This document shows, piece after piece, positions 9,537-18,442 of a DNA stretch of 64,000 bases; position 1 is the first letter of the stretch; each line of letters opens with the position of its first letter. Made by a program: the position numbers and the translations under genes. Origin of the DNA: an uncultured Bacteroidales bacterium (lineage in GTDB: Bacteria; Bacteroidota; Bacteroidia; Bacteroidales; UBA10428); the NCBI GenBank assembly GCA_963822145.1, contig CAWGGG010000005.1, positions 221,899-285,898 of the forward strand. Reading direction: 5' to 3'. The notes beneath the pieces are model-generated. The model was not told the DNA's origin. It did no database searches and was given only the letters and a program-made list of their open reading frames with translations.

Positions 9537-10451
9537 ATGAAAGTATTACTTATTATTATCGGGGCACTTTTCATGCTTGGACTTTTATTGTGGTTTGCAG
9601 GGGAGCGTGGAAGGCTTATTCTGCCTTCAACAGGAAGGTTTATAAGAATGGCCGGTCTGAAGCGTTTCCTGAGCTTTTCCACCCTGCATGGGTACATCTA
9701 TCTCAGGCTGCAGAAACAATACCTGAATTTTCTGATCAAGGCTAATCCGACCTCGCCTGATTTTGTGCGCAAATTTGTAACCAACAGATATCACAGCAAG
9801 ATCCTAACTCAGGAACAGGCGAAAAAGATCATTACCATCGACAGGGATATACCCTTACAGAACCTTGAACAGGTCATTCCCCATGAGATTGCCCGTAGCA
9901 TTGTGCTGAATGCTTCTCCGAAAATTGTAGCCTTTGAATGCGGATGCAGGCATTCACGCCCCAATCCCTGCCAGCCCACCCAGGTATGTTTGTTTATTGG
10001 GGAACCCTATGCGGATTTTATGCGGGAACATCACCCGAAAGAAAGCCGGGAGCTCACCAGGGCAGAGGCGCTTAAATTAATCGATGAGGAACATGCGCGC
10101 GGGCATCTTCATTCCGCCTGGTTCAAGGACGCGATGATGGACCGGTTTTATGTCATCTGTAATTGCTGCAAATGCTGTTGCGGCGGAATTGAGAATATGG
10201 TGAAATTTGGTTCGCCACAGATGGCCTCCTCAGGATATGTTATTGAGGCCAATGCTGATCTTTGTGAGGCTTGCGGCAGATGCGTGGAAACCTGTCCGTT
10301 TGAGGCACTCTCACTTGCAGATGATCAGGTGGCCATGGATTGGGAAAAATGCATGGGTTGCGGGGTATGCGTGGATCAGTGCCCCAATAAAGGATTGACG
10401 TTGAAAAGGGATGAAAGGAAGGGTATGCCGCTGGAGGTGGAGACATTGTAG
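9537..10451 (+). CDS. membrane-anchored 4Fe-4S dicluster domain protein
   Basis: N-terminal TM helix, Cys-rich core (CGCRHSRPNPC, CNCCKCCCGG) and two ferredoxin motifs CEACGRCVETCP and CMGCGVCVDQCP. Confidence 0.7.
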   Translation: MKVLLIIIGALFMLGLLLWFAGERGRLILPSTGRFIRMAGLKRFLSFSTLHGYIYLRLQKQYLNFLIKANPTSPDFVRKFVTNRYHSKILTQEQAKKIITIDRDIPLQNLEQVIPHEIARSIVLNASPKIVAFECGCRHSRPNPCQPTQVCLFIGEPYADFMREHHPKESRELTRAEALKLIDEEHARGHLHSAWFKDAMMDRFYVICNCCKCCCGGIENMVKFGSPQMASSGYVIEANADLCEACGRCVETCPFEALSLADDQVAMDWEKCMGCGVCVDQCPNKGLTLKRDERKGMPLEVETL

Positions 10452-10520
10452 GCTGAAGACTGGAGGCTAAAGGCTGAAGGCTGAAGGCTGAAGGCTGAAG
10501 GCTGAAGGCTGAAGGTTGAA
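10451..10520. repeat. heptamer tandem array (GGCTGAA)x10
   Basis: The array starts on the last base of the stop codon at 10449-10451. It has 7 perfect and 3 variant units (gactgga, ggctaaa, ggttgaa). Confidence 0.95.
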
Positions 10521-10549
10521 GAGGAACACTTAAGAGGCAAAAGTACTGA

Positions 10550-10900
10550 TTAACGCATAGCTTTAATTAGCGATCCCAGTACTTTTTCGGTTTCCAATAT
10601 TTTTAAATCACATTCTTTACCAAGGGTTTCTTGAATATAGCCGAGTCGCAATGCCAACCCAAATTGATAATGCAGTTCTTTTAATGAACCGTATGCGATT
10701 TCAAGAAATCTGCGGTACTCACTCTGGGTCAGACGCGCACAACCTTCAACAATATTAGAAGGTACTGAAATTCCACATCTTCTCATTTGGGATGTAAGAC
10801 CAAACATTTCGTCCTTGGGGAATCCTTTGGTCAATCTGTAAACCAGGAACACCAATTCATCAGCAAGTTCAAATGCTCTTAATTTTGAATGATCTCTCAT
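10550..10900 (-). CDS. four-helix-bundle protein (23S rRNA intervening-sequence protein family)
   Basis: 116 aa. FELADELVFLVYRLTKGFPKDEMFGLTSQMRRCGISVPSNIVEG...YGSLKELHYQ matches the conserved pattern of this family. Confidence 0.8.
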   Translation of the reverse strand: MRDHSKLRAFELADELVFLVYRLTKGFPKDEMFGLTSQMRRCGISVPSNIVEGCARLTQSEYRRFLEIAYGSLKELHYQFGLALRLGYIQETLGKECDLKILETEKVLGSLIKAMR

Positions 10901-10950
10901 GCCTAACGGGTTTTAATAATTAACAAACCTGAACTTTCTAAAATATGCTT

Positions 10951-10992
10951 TAAGCCTTCAGCCTTTAGCCTTAAGCCTTAAGCCTTAAGCCT
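10951..10992. repeat. heptamer tandem array (TNAGCCT)x6, the reverse complement of the 10451-10520 unit
   Basis: taagcct tcagcct ttagcct taagcct taagcct taagcct. The reverse complement is AGGCTNA, a circular permutation of GGCTGAA. Confidence 0.95.
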
Positions 10993-11002
10993 CATATTCC
11001 CC

Positions 11003-12280
11003 TCAATCATCCAGTGCCGCATACACCAGCGCCCTGAATTTGTCCCCTAACTCGCCGTGAGTAAGCGGGAATTGCTGTGCAAAGAGCAGGCATACCAGTT
11101 GCTCTTCAGGATCAGCCCAATAGGTGGTTCCCCAGAAACCGCCCCAGGCGAAAGATCCCTCAGTCATTCCCAGTCTGGCCTGACCGGCTTGGGTCGTAAT
11201 TTCGAATCCAAGGCCGAATTTATTGGCGCCAAGGTTCAGATCCCCGATCTGGTTGCAGGTCATCAGATCCACCGTTCTTCTGGAAAGAATTCGCTTTCCG
11301 TTGTATTCGCCGTCGTTCAGCAGCATCTGGAGAAAAATGGCATAATCCGAAATAGAGGAACTCAATCCGGCCCCGCCGGAAAAATAGGTGCCCTCTGCAA
11401 GAGGATAATCGGCATTGATACCCGGTAAGGCCTCTGGATACCATTTCATGGCATGGTGTCCCGTATCTTCGGTGGATACGGCTACGAGCCGGGATTGCTT
11501 TTCTTTGGGCAAGTAAAAATAGGTATCTTCCATGTCCAGGGGTTCAAACAGTTTTTCCTTCAGGAAACGATCGAACGGCATGTCCGAAAGAACCTCCACC
11601 AGGTAACCCAGGACATCGGTATTGAGACCGTAAGTGAATCGCTCCCCGGGTTGATGAACCAGCGGAAGTTTTGCGAGTTTTTTCATCCAATCGCCCAGGA
11701 CAAGAGGACGGCTTTCAAATCCAACAGGAATGCCGGCTTTGGCATAGATGGCGTTCATGGGAGCAGAACCGATTCCGGCATAATCAATTCCGGAAGTATG
11801 GGTGAGCAGATCCCTGATGGTGATCTCACGGCTGGCAGGCACGGTTGTATAAGAAGTATCTTTGGGATCAAACTGACTGAGCACCACAGGATGGGCAAAC
11901 TCAGGTATGTATTTGGAGATCGGGTCGTCGAGCAGGAGTTTCCCCTCTTCATAAAGCATCATAACGGCCACACTGGTGATGGCCTTGGTCTGTGAAGCAA
12001 TGCGGAAAATAGCATCCTTTTCCAGGGGTGTCTTCTTTTCTGCATCACTGACCCCGAATGATTTCCAGTAGGCAATCTTGCCATTCCGGGCAATAAAGGC
12101 TACTGCGCCATTGACCAATTGATTATCAATACTTCTCTGTATCAGGCTGTCAATATTGCCGAGTCTGTCGGATGACATTTCAACTGTGGCAGGATCAACC
12201 TTTTCGATCGCAGTTTGTTTGATACATGAATGGAAGCCGATCCAGGAAAAGACCAGCAGCAGCAGGGTTAATTTTTTCAT
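11003..12280 (-). CDS. serine hydrolase, beta-lactamase (class C/PBP4-like) family
   Basis: S-x-x-K motif in RIASQTKAITSV and family-typical length. ATG at 12280 gives the lipoprotein-like signal MKKLTLLLLVFSWIGFHSC. Confidence 0.8.
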   Translation of the reverse strand: MKKLTLLLLVFSWIGFHSCIKQTAIEKVDPATVEMSSDRLGNIDSLIQRSIDNQLVNGAVAFIARNGKIAYWKSFGVSDAEKKTPLEKDAIFRIASQTKAITSVAVMMLYEEGKLLLDDPISKYIPEFAHPVVLSQFDPKDTSYTTVPASREITIRDLLTHTSGIDYAGIGSAPMNAIYAKAGIPVGFESRPLVLGDWMKKLAKLPLVHQPGERFTYGLNTDVLGYLVEVLSDMPFDRFLKEKLFEPLDMEDTYFYLPKEKQSRLVAVSTEDTGHHAMKWYPEALPGINADYPLAEGTYFSGGAGLSSSISDYAIFLQMLLNDGEYNGKRILSRRTVDLMTCNQIGDLNLGANKFGLGFEITTQAGQARLGMTEGSFAWGGFWGTTYWADPEEQLVCLLFAQQFPLTHGELGDKFRALVYAALDD

Positions 12281-12387
12281 TGCCGGTAATTTTAGAAATG
12301 ATGAATAGAAAAGCTTTTTTAACACGATTAAAGTAATAAAAGGTGGGGAAATATCAAAGGAATTTTTAAACTATTAGTCTTCAGGCT

Positions 12388-12429
12388 AATGTTATATGTT
12401 GTAGGTTGCATGTTGTATGTTGTAGGCCT
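12388..12429. repeat. heptamer array (TAKGTTG-like)x6 enclosed by a 7-nt inverted repeat
   Basis: aatgtta tatgttg taggttg catgttg tatgttg taggcct, flanked by ttcaggc (12380-12386) and gcctgaa (12426-12432). Confidence 0.85.
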
Positions 12430-12500
12430 GAATACCAGTGAGACAGAATGATGATTAACTTTTTTAAAGCAAGTTTGTTTCTATTCTAAAATCTACAACA

Positions 12501-13118
12501 ATGAAAACCAAAAATCTACTTTTAATGATGCTTTTATGCACGGTTTCAGGTTTAAAAGCACAGACAACCCATACAATAAGCGAAAGCGGTTTTACATATG
12601 TACCTACGGAGCTAACCGTGAATACAGGAGAAACGGTTGAGTTCAATACCACTTCAAGCCACCCTGTACGTGAAGTGAGTGAGGCAACCTGGAATGACAA
12701 TGGCATAACGTTGCTTGAAGGAGGATTCTCATTTAATGATGGGAGTGGTACGGTAACTTTTAACACGCCAGGTGTGCATTATTATGTTTGCACGGCACAT
12801 GTGGCTTCACAGGGCATGAAAGGTAAGATAACTGTAGTGGGAGCGGCAGGACTTGATGAAATATCAGTCTCTGATGGATATGATGTTTATCCGGTTCCAC
12901 TTAAAGGAAGTGATCTGACGATCTCGTCAAAAACATCAGCGCCGGAGACCGTGGATGTTTCTATCTATGACCTGGCAGGTAACCTCAGGATATCCGCTCT
13001 GGTAACAATCACAGACGGCAAATATCCAATGGATTGTTCCGTGCTTCCGGCGGGCATTTTCATCATGAAACTGAAAACTGCGGAGGGAGCTTCATTTGCC
13101 AAGCTGGTTAAGGAATAA
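12501..13118 (+). CDS. cupredoxin (plastocyanin/azurin-like) domain protein with T9SS-type C-terminal domain
   Basis: Signal peptide. Type-1 copper ligand spacing SSHPV ... YYVCTAHVASQGM (His, Cys-x2-His-x4-Met). The C-terminal ~80 aa (VYPVPLKG...IFIMKLKTAEGASFAKLVKE) look like a T9SS CTD. Confidence 0.7.
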   Translation: MKTKNLLLMMLLCTVSGLKAQTTHTISESGFTYVPTELTVNTGETVEFNTTSSHPVREVSEATWNDNGITLLEGGFSFNDGSGTVTFNTPGVHYYVCTAHVASQGMKGKITVVGAAGLDEISVSDGYDVYPVPLKGSDLTISSKTSAPETVDVSIYDLAGNLRISALVTITDGKYPMDCSVLPAGIFIMKLKTAEGASFAKLVKE

Positions 13119-13130
13119 AAGCTTCTGTAG

Positions 13131-14060
13131 CTATCTTATCTCCAGTGTTTTCATAAGCTGGACCATACCTTGTTCGGGTGACAGCGGTTCATAGCCAAAG
13201 CGCTTTTCGAACTTACTGCTGTTAAATATATAATCCCTGTCATACTGGTAGGCCATTTCTGCAAATTCCCTAAAGAGGGGTACAAACAGCCCTATCAACC
13301 GTAACATCCAGACGGGTATGACAGTGAAGCGCGGATTTTTATTCATAATTCCCGCGATGAGCTCAATCCATTGCTGGCCGGTTAAGCGTTGATTACTTGT
13401 TGGAAGGTGCCAGATCTGGTTAAAAGCATCAGGTGTGTTACCCAGGATGGCAGTAGCTTTAGCCCCATCGGTGGCTGCAGTAAAGGTGTGAATTTTTGCA
13501 GCACTGGCAAACCACATGGCTTTCTTTCCTTTGGCCAGGTTTTTAACCACCATTTCCACCAGTACACTATTCTTTGGTGAATAAAAGTCAGCTGCGCGCG
13601 CGATGATGGCAGTGAGTCTTTTTCGCTGCACTTCTTCCAGGATCATGCCGGCAATGGTTGCCCTAACAACTCCTTTTTTACTGGAAGGCCTCACAGGTGT
13701 TTCCTCGGTGAGGTTATTCATATAATCTTTGTCATACATGTAAACATTGTCAAAAAAAACAAGCTTTGCCTGATGTTTTATACATCCATCCAGTACATTA
13801 CGCATGATAACAGGCCATTGTCTTTGCCACACGCTGGCCTTGTATGCAAGACCGGCAGTGAGGTAAACCACCTCAGATCCTTCTATGGCCCTATCCACTG
13901 CAGCATGATCCATAAGATCTGCTGGTAATAGCTCATCTCCATCGTTTACCTTTTTTGGGTTGCGACTTACCAGCCTAATGCTGCTGGTGTGCCGGCGGAG
14001 TTCTTTTGCCAGTGGAATGCCTATTCCGCCTCCGGAGCCAAGAATGGTTTGCATGGACAT
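13131..14060 (-). CDS. NAD(P)H-binding SDR/NmrA-like oxidoreductase
   Basis: N-terminal Rossmann motif ILGSGGGIGIPLAKEL and atypical-SDR length (309 aa). Confidence 0.65.
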   Translation of the reverse strand: MSMQTILGSGGGIGIPLAKELRRHTSSIRLVSRNPKKVNDGDELLPADLMDHAAVDRAIEGSEVVYLTAGLAYKASVWQRQWPVIMRNVLDGCIKHQAKLVFFDNVYMYDKDYMNNLTEETPVRPSSKKGVVRATIAGMILEEVQRKRLTAIIARAADFYSPKNSVLVEMVVKNLAKGKKAMWFASAAKIHTFTAATDGAKATAILGNTPDAFNQIWHLPTSNQRLTGQQWIELIAGIMNKNPRFTVIPVWMLRLIGLFVPLFREFAEMAYQYDRDYIFNSSKFEKRFGYEPLSPEQGMVQLMKTLEIR

Positions 14061-14069
14061 AAGGTTATT

Positions 14070-14157
14070 AAGTGATTAAGTGATTAAGTGATTAAGTGAT
14101 TAAGTGATTAAGTGATTAAGTGATTAAGTGATTAAGTGATTAAGTGATTAAGTGATT
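14070..14157. repeat. octamer tandem array (AAGTGATT)x11, the complement of the 8107 array unit
   Basis: Eleven perfect units begin 10 nt from the start codon (14058-14060) of the minus-strand gene. Read on the gene strand the unit is AATCACTT. Confidence 0.95.
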
Positions 14158-14255
14158 AAGTTATGCATGCTGATATGGTAATTTAACAGGCAGCACGGAA
14201 TTTGGTTTAAAGTTAGTAATTTGGTTCTGTTCATTTATTTAAAGAATTCCTAAAA

Positions 14256-16250
14256 ATGGATACAAAGGTTCAACTCATGGTCAGGGCATTGATATTGTTC
14301 ACCATTTCCTGGTACACTTGTTCCTCATTGGCCCAGGTCAGGGAAGTCCGGTCACCCGATGGTAATATACTGGTAACCTTTACGGGCGGAGAGAACCGTA
14401 AGATTGCAGCTGTTTTCAGGAACAGGCCTGTTATTACTATTGACAGGCCTGTCCTGATCATCAACAATAAAAATGCCGGGTCTGACTCATTTTCCGGACA
14501 TTTGTCAACTGTTAACCAGATTCAGTATCCCGTGGTGAAGGAAAAACGGTCCCTCGTAACCGATCATTACAACGAACTGACAATCAAGTTTAAAGATAAG
14601 ACCGGCATGATCATCCGGGTTTATGATGATGGATTTGCATATCGTTTTATTACCCGTATTCCGCAGGATACTGTTCTGGTGTCTGATGAAACGGCTACTC
14701 TGATTTTCTCACCCGGCGATTCCCTCTATCTTTCAAGGATCAAATGCCGTAACGAGAAGAATGTAGACTGCTTTCATACCAGTTTTGAAGAGGATTTTGT
14801 ACATGCCTCGGTCAGCGGTGTGGGCCCGGCCAGTCTGGCTTACCTGCCCGTATATGCCCGCACGGGTAATGGCATCAGCCTGGCATTCACGGAAAGCGAT
14901 CTGCGGGATTATCCCGGGATGTTCGTCTGTGGCGGCGATACAGGAAAATCTCAGTTGCATTTGAGATTCCCGCGATATCCGGTCCGGACGAACATTTTTG
15001 GAGATTATTTTAAGCAGGAGCTGGTTACGCAGCGGGCGGCATATATTGCCAGAACTTCCGGGAACCGCGACTATCCCTGGCGGGTCTTTATCCTGGGCGA
15101 GCATGATAAGGATCTGGTAAATTCCGATATGGTATACCGGCTGGCGCCAGACTGCAAGCTTGCAGAGACTGGCTGGATCAGGCCCGGTCAGATTACCGAT
15201 GAATGGATCACGAACAGCATTTTATATGATGTGGATTTTAAATCGGGAATCAACACAAAAACCTATAAGTATTATATTGATTTTGCCAGCCGGTTCAGAC
15301 TGGATTATATTTTTCTGGATGCAGGTTGGTGTGACATTGATGATTTCTCGAAAATAACCCCCGGAATGGACATAGCCGAGATTGTGCGATACGGGGCCGA
15401 AAAAGGAGTGGGCATCTGGCTTTGGACCAACGCCCTCACCCTGAAGCACAACATGAGCTATTTGAAGCAATTCCATGACTGGGGCATCAGGGGTATAATG
15501 GCTGATTTCATGGATCGTGAGGACCAGCTGATGGTGCGATTCCAGGAAGCTGTTGCCCGTGAGGCAGCAGTCAACAAACTGATGGTGTTTTTTCATGGTG
15601 CCAGCAAACCGGCCGGCCTGCGCAAGGCATACCCCAACGTGTTGATCCGGGAAGGGGTAATGGGTCATGAATATGATAAATGGTCAGATCGGCTCACTCC
15701 CGAGCACAACCTCATTCTCCCCTTCACCCGCATGATCGCCGGTCCGCTTGATTATGAAGGCGGAGGCATGATCAATGCACAGAAGAATTCCTTCCGTATA
15801 GTGGATGCTGTTCCCATGACCCAGGGAACCCGTATCCACCAGCTGGCCATGTATGTGGTGTATGAAAGTCCGCTGCAGTTTCTGGGGGGGAATATCAGCG
15901 ACTACCTGAGGGAACCTGAATATGCAGCCTTTTACGGAAGTATACCGTTTGTCTGGGATGAAACCCTGGTGCTGGACGGAAAGATTTCAGATTATATACT
16001 CGTAGCACGCAAAAGCGGGAATGACTGGTGGGTGGGGGCAATGACCGATTGGACGCCCAGAATCCTGGAAGTGGACCTGTCGTTCCTGGGGGATGGTAAT
16101 TATTCTGCTGAAATATATCAGGATGGCAGGAATGCGGAACAATATGCATCAGATTATGCCAGGAGACTTCAAACAGTTTCCTCTCAATCGAAACTCCAGG
16201 TTCAAATGGCCCCGGGCGGGGGGTGGATTGCACATTTCAGCAAAGAATAA
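14256..16250 (+). CDS. glycoside hydrolase family 97 (alpha-glucosidase/alpha-galactosidase, SusB-like)
   Basis: 664 aa with a signal peptide. GH97-like blocks DYIFLDAGW, GIRGIMADFMDREDQ and FFHGASKPAGLRKAYPNVLIREGVMGHEY. Confidence 0.85.
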   Translation: MDTKVQLMVRALILFTISWYTCSSLAQVREVRSPDGNILVTFTGGENRKIAAVFRNRPVITIDRPVLIINNKNAGSDSFSGHLSTVNQIQYPVVKEKRSLVTDHYNELTIKFKDKTGMIIRVYDDGFAYRFITRIPQDTVLVSDETATLIFSPGDSLYLSRIKCRNEKNVDCFHTSFEEDFVHASVSGVGPASLAYLPVYARTGNGISLAFTESDLRDYPGMFVCGGDTGKSQLHLRFPRYPVRTNIFGDYFKQELVTQRAAYIARTSGNRDYPWRVFILGEHDKDLVNSDMVYRLAPDCKLAETGWIRPGQITDEWITNSILYDVDFKSGINTKTYKYYIDFASRFRLDYIFLDAGWCDIDDFSKITPGMDIAEIVRYGAEKGVGIWLWTNALTLKHNMSYLKQFHDWGIRGIMADFMDREDQLMVRFQEAVAREAAVNKLMVFFHGASKPAGLRKAYPNVLIREGVMGHEYDKWSDRLTPEHNLILPFTRMIAGPLDYEGGGMINAQKNSFRIVDAVPMTQGTRIHQLAMYVVYESPLQFLGGNISDYLREPEYAAFYGSIPFVWDETLVLDGKISDYILVARKSGNDWWVGAMTDWTPRILEVDLSFLGDGNYSAEIYQDGRNAEQYASDYARRLQTVSSQSKLQVQMAPGGGWIAHFSKE

Positions 16251-16272
16251 AAAACCCCGCCATGAGCGGGGT
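16249..16272 (-). terminator. rho-independent terminator of dnaK (bidirectional hairpin)
   Basis: Stem CCCCGC/GCGGGG (16255-16260 and 16666-16671 read as 16266-16271) with loop catga. On the minus strand it is followed by T6 (complement of 16249-16254). It lies 28 nt after the dnaK stop. Confidence 0.8.
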
Positions 16273-16299
16273 CTTAAGGGATACACTTAAAAACTATAT

Positions 16300-18222
16300 T
16301 TACTTCACTTCTTCAAAATCAACGTCGGTAACCTCATCATCCTTTTTACCACTGGTGGATTGTCCTGAGGTGGCTCCAGCATCTGCCGTATCACCGTCTT
16401 GCGATCCCTTAGGTCCGCCCTGGGTGTTTTTATACAGTTCTTCCGACGCGGCCTGCCATACTGCAGTAAGCTCGGCTGTTGCCTTGTCAACCGCTGCGAG
16501 GTCCTGGCTCTTGTGGGCCTCCTTCAGTTTTGTCAGGGCCTGCTCAATAGGTCCTTTCTTGTCGGCCGGAAGCTTGTCTCCAAACTCCTTCAGCTGCTTT
16601 TCAGTCTGGAATATCAAACTATCCGCTGCATTAAGCTTATCCACGCGTTCGCGCTGTTCTTTATCCTTGGCTTCATTTTCCTTGGCCTCGCGTTTCATCT
16701 TTTCGATCTCATCGCTGGTGAGACCTGATGAAGCCTCGATCCTGATGCTCTGCTGTTTGCCTGTACCTTTATCCTTAGCTGAAACGTGCAGTATTCCGTT
16801 GGCGTCGATATCAAAAGTCACTTCGATTTGTGGGATACCACGGGGAGCCGGGGGTATACCGTCGAGGTGGAACCTGCCGATGGTCTTGTTATCACCGGCC
16901 ATGGGTCGTTCACCCTGAAGTACATGTATTTCTACCGATGGCTGGTTGTCCGATGCTGTGGTAAAGGTTTCGGTCTTTTTGGAAGGTATGGTTGTGTTGG
17001 CTTCGATCAGCCGGGTTGCCACACCGCCCATGGTCTCAATACCCAGAGAAAGCGGGGTAACGTCGAGAAGCAGGATATCCTTTACCTCACCGGTGAGAAC
17101 TCCACCCTGTATGGCAGCGCCGACGGCGACCACCTCATCGGGATTTACGCCCTTGGAAGGTTTGCGGTTGAAAAACTTCTCCACAACCTCCTGTATAACG
17201 GGGATACGGGTGGAACCACCTACAAGAATTACTTCGCTGATGTCGGACGCATTTAAGCCCGAATCTTTAAGCGCTTTACGGCATGGTTCAATGGTTGCCT
17301 GCACCAGTGGATCAATAAGGCTTTCAAATTTCGCGCGGGTGAGGGTTTTCACCAGGTGCTTGGGAATCCCGTCAACGGGCATGATATAGGGCAGGTTGAT
17401 CTCGGTTTGTGTTGAACTGGACAATTCGATCTTGGCCTTTTCAGCGGCTTCCTTCAGGCGCTGCAAAGCCATAGGATCTTTCTTGAGATCCACGCCCTCG
17501 TCCTTTTTAAACTCTTCAGACAGCCAGTCGATCACACACTGGTCAAAATCATCTCCACCCAGGTGCGTATCCCCATTGGTTGATTTTACCTCAAATACAC
17601 CATCTCCCAATTCGAGGATGGAAATATCAAATGTTCCACCGCCAAGGTCATACACGGCGATCTTCATGTCGTGGTGTTTCTTATCAAGTCCGTAGGCAAG
17701 GGAAGCAGCTGTGGGCTCATTGATGATGCGCCTTACCTTCAGCCCTGCAATTTCACCGGCCTCCTTAGTAGCCTGGCGTTGAGAATCGCTGAAATAGGCA
17801 GGTACGGTGATCACCGCTTCAGTAACCTCGTGACCCAGATAATCTTCAGCAGTTTTCTTCATCTTCTGCAAGACAAGAGCGGAAATTTCCTGGGGAGTAA
17901 ATTTGCGGTCATCGATCATTACCCTGGGTGTATTGTTGTCACCCTTGGCAACTTTATAAGGAACGCGTGCAATTTCTTTCTGAACCTTGTCAAAAGTCTC
18001 TCCCATGAAACGCTTAATGGAATAAACCGTTTTGGTGGGATTTGTAATGGCCTGCCTTTTTGCAGGATCACCGACTTTCCGCTCACCGTTATCCATGAAA
18101 GCTACCATTGAAGGAGTGGTGCGCTTACCTTCGCTGTTGGGAATTACAACCGGTTCATTACCCTCCATTACCGCAACGCATGAATTGGTCGTCCCCAGAT
18201 CAATTCCGATTATTTTGCTCAT
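16300..18222 (-). CDS. dnaK: molecular chaperone DnaK (Hsp70)
   Basis: 640 aa with canonical Hsp70 signatures [24 protein letters not shown] and [11 protein letters not shown]. Confidence 0.98.
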   Translation of the reverse strand: MSKIIGIDLGTTNSCVAVMEGNEPVVIPNSEGKRTTPSMVAFMDNGERKVGDPAKRQAITNPTKTVYSIKRFMGETFDKVQKEIARVPYKVAKGDNNTPRVMIDDRKFTPQEISALVLQKMKKTAEDYLGHEVTEAVITVPAYFSDSQRQATKEAGEIAGLKVRRIINEPTAASLAYGLDKKHHDMKIAVYDLGGGTFDISILELGDGVFEVKSTNGDTHLGGDDFDQCVIDWLSEEFKKDEGVDLKKDPMALQRLKEAAEKAKIELSSSTQTEINLPYIMPVDGIPKHLVKTLTRAKFESLIDPLVQATIEPCRKALKDSGLNASDISEVILVGGSTRIPVIQEVVEKFFNRKPSKGVNPDEVVAVGAAIQGGVLTGEVKDILLLDVTPLSLGIETMGGVATRLIEANTTIPSKKTETFTTASDNQPSVEIHVLQGERPMAGDNKTIGRFHLDGIPPAPRGIPQIEVTFDIDANGILHVSAKDKGTGKQQSIRIEASSGLTSDEIEKMKREAKENEAKDKEQRERVDKLNAADSLIFQTEKQLKEFGDKLPADKKGPIEQALTKLKEAHKSQDLAAVDKATAELTAVWQAASEELYKNTQGGPKGSQDGDTADAGATSGQSTSGKKDDEVTDVDFEEVK

Positions 18223-18442
18223 GCCAAAATATTTTATTGGTTAATACTCTTTTTCTGTTTGAGCATTGTATAGACAAGGATTGTGCCATTCGGTAATGCT
18301 GACAATACGACAGTCATGGGAAAGCGGATGTGTCAGTATTTGCAGGCAAATACATGGCGAAAATGACAGTTTACAGCCGTTTTATTGGTTAATCCGGGTT
18401 TATTTATAAACTTTGTATCTGAAACTTATTAATCATTACACC

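Noticed and set aside
14070-14157. The possibility that the tandem arrays (this one and the others listed) are CRISPR arrays.
   Set aside because: The units are only 7-9 nt and directly abut each other with no spacers. No cas genes are present in the window.
18273-18288. Sigma-54-like motif on the minus strand upstream of dnaK (TGGCAC-AATCC-TTGTC).
   Set aside because: The -12 element lacks the invariant GC (TTGT instead of TTGC), and no enhancer-binding protein context exists. This is probably chance.
16223-18296. A series of plus-strand ORFs (231, 109, 156, 147, 99, 146, 70 and 62 aa) overlapping the dnaK locus.
   Set aside because: They are antisense to an unambiguous full-length Hsp70 gene. 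Their products are low-complexity Ser/Leu/Pro-rich with no motifs, typical shadow ORFs.
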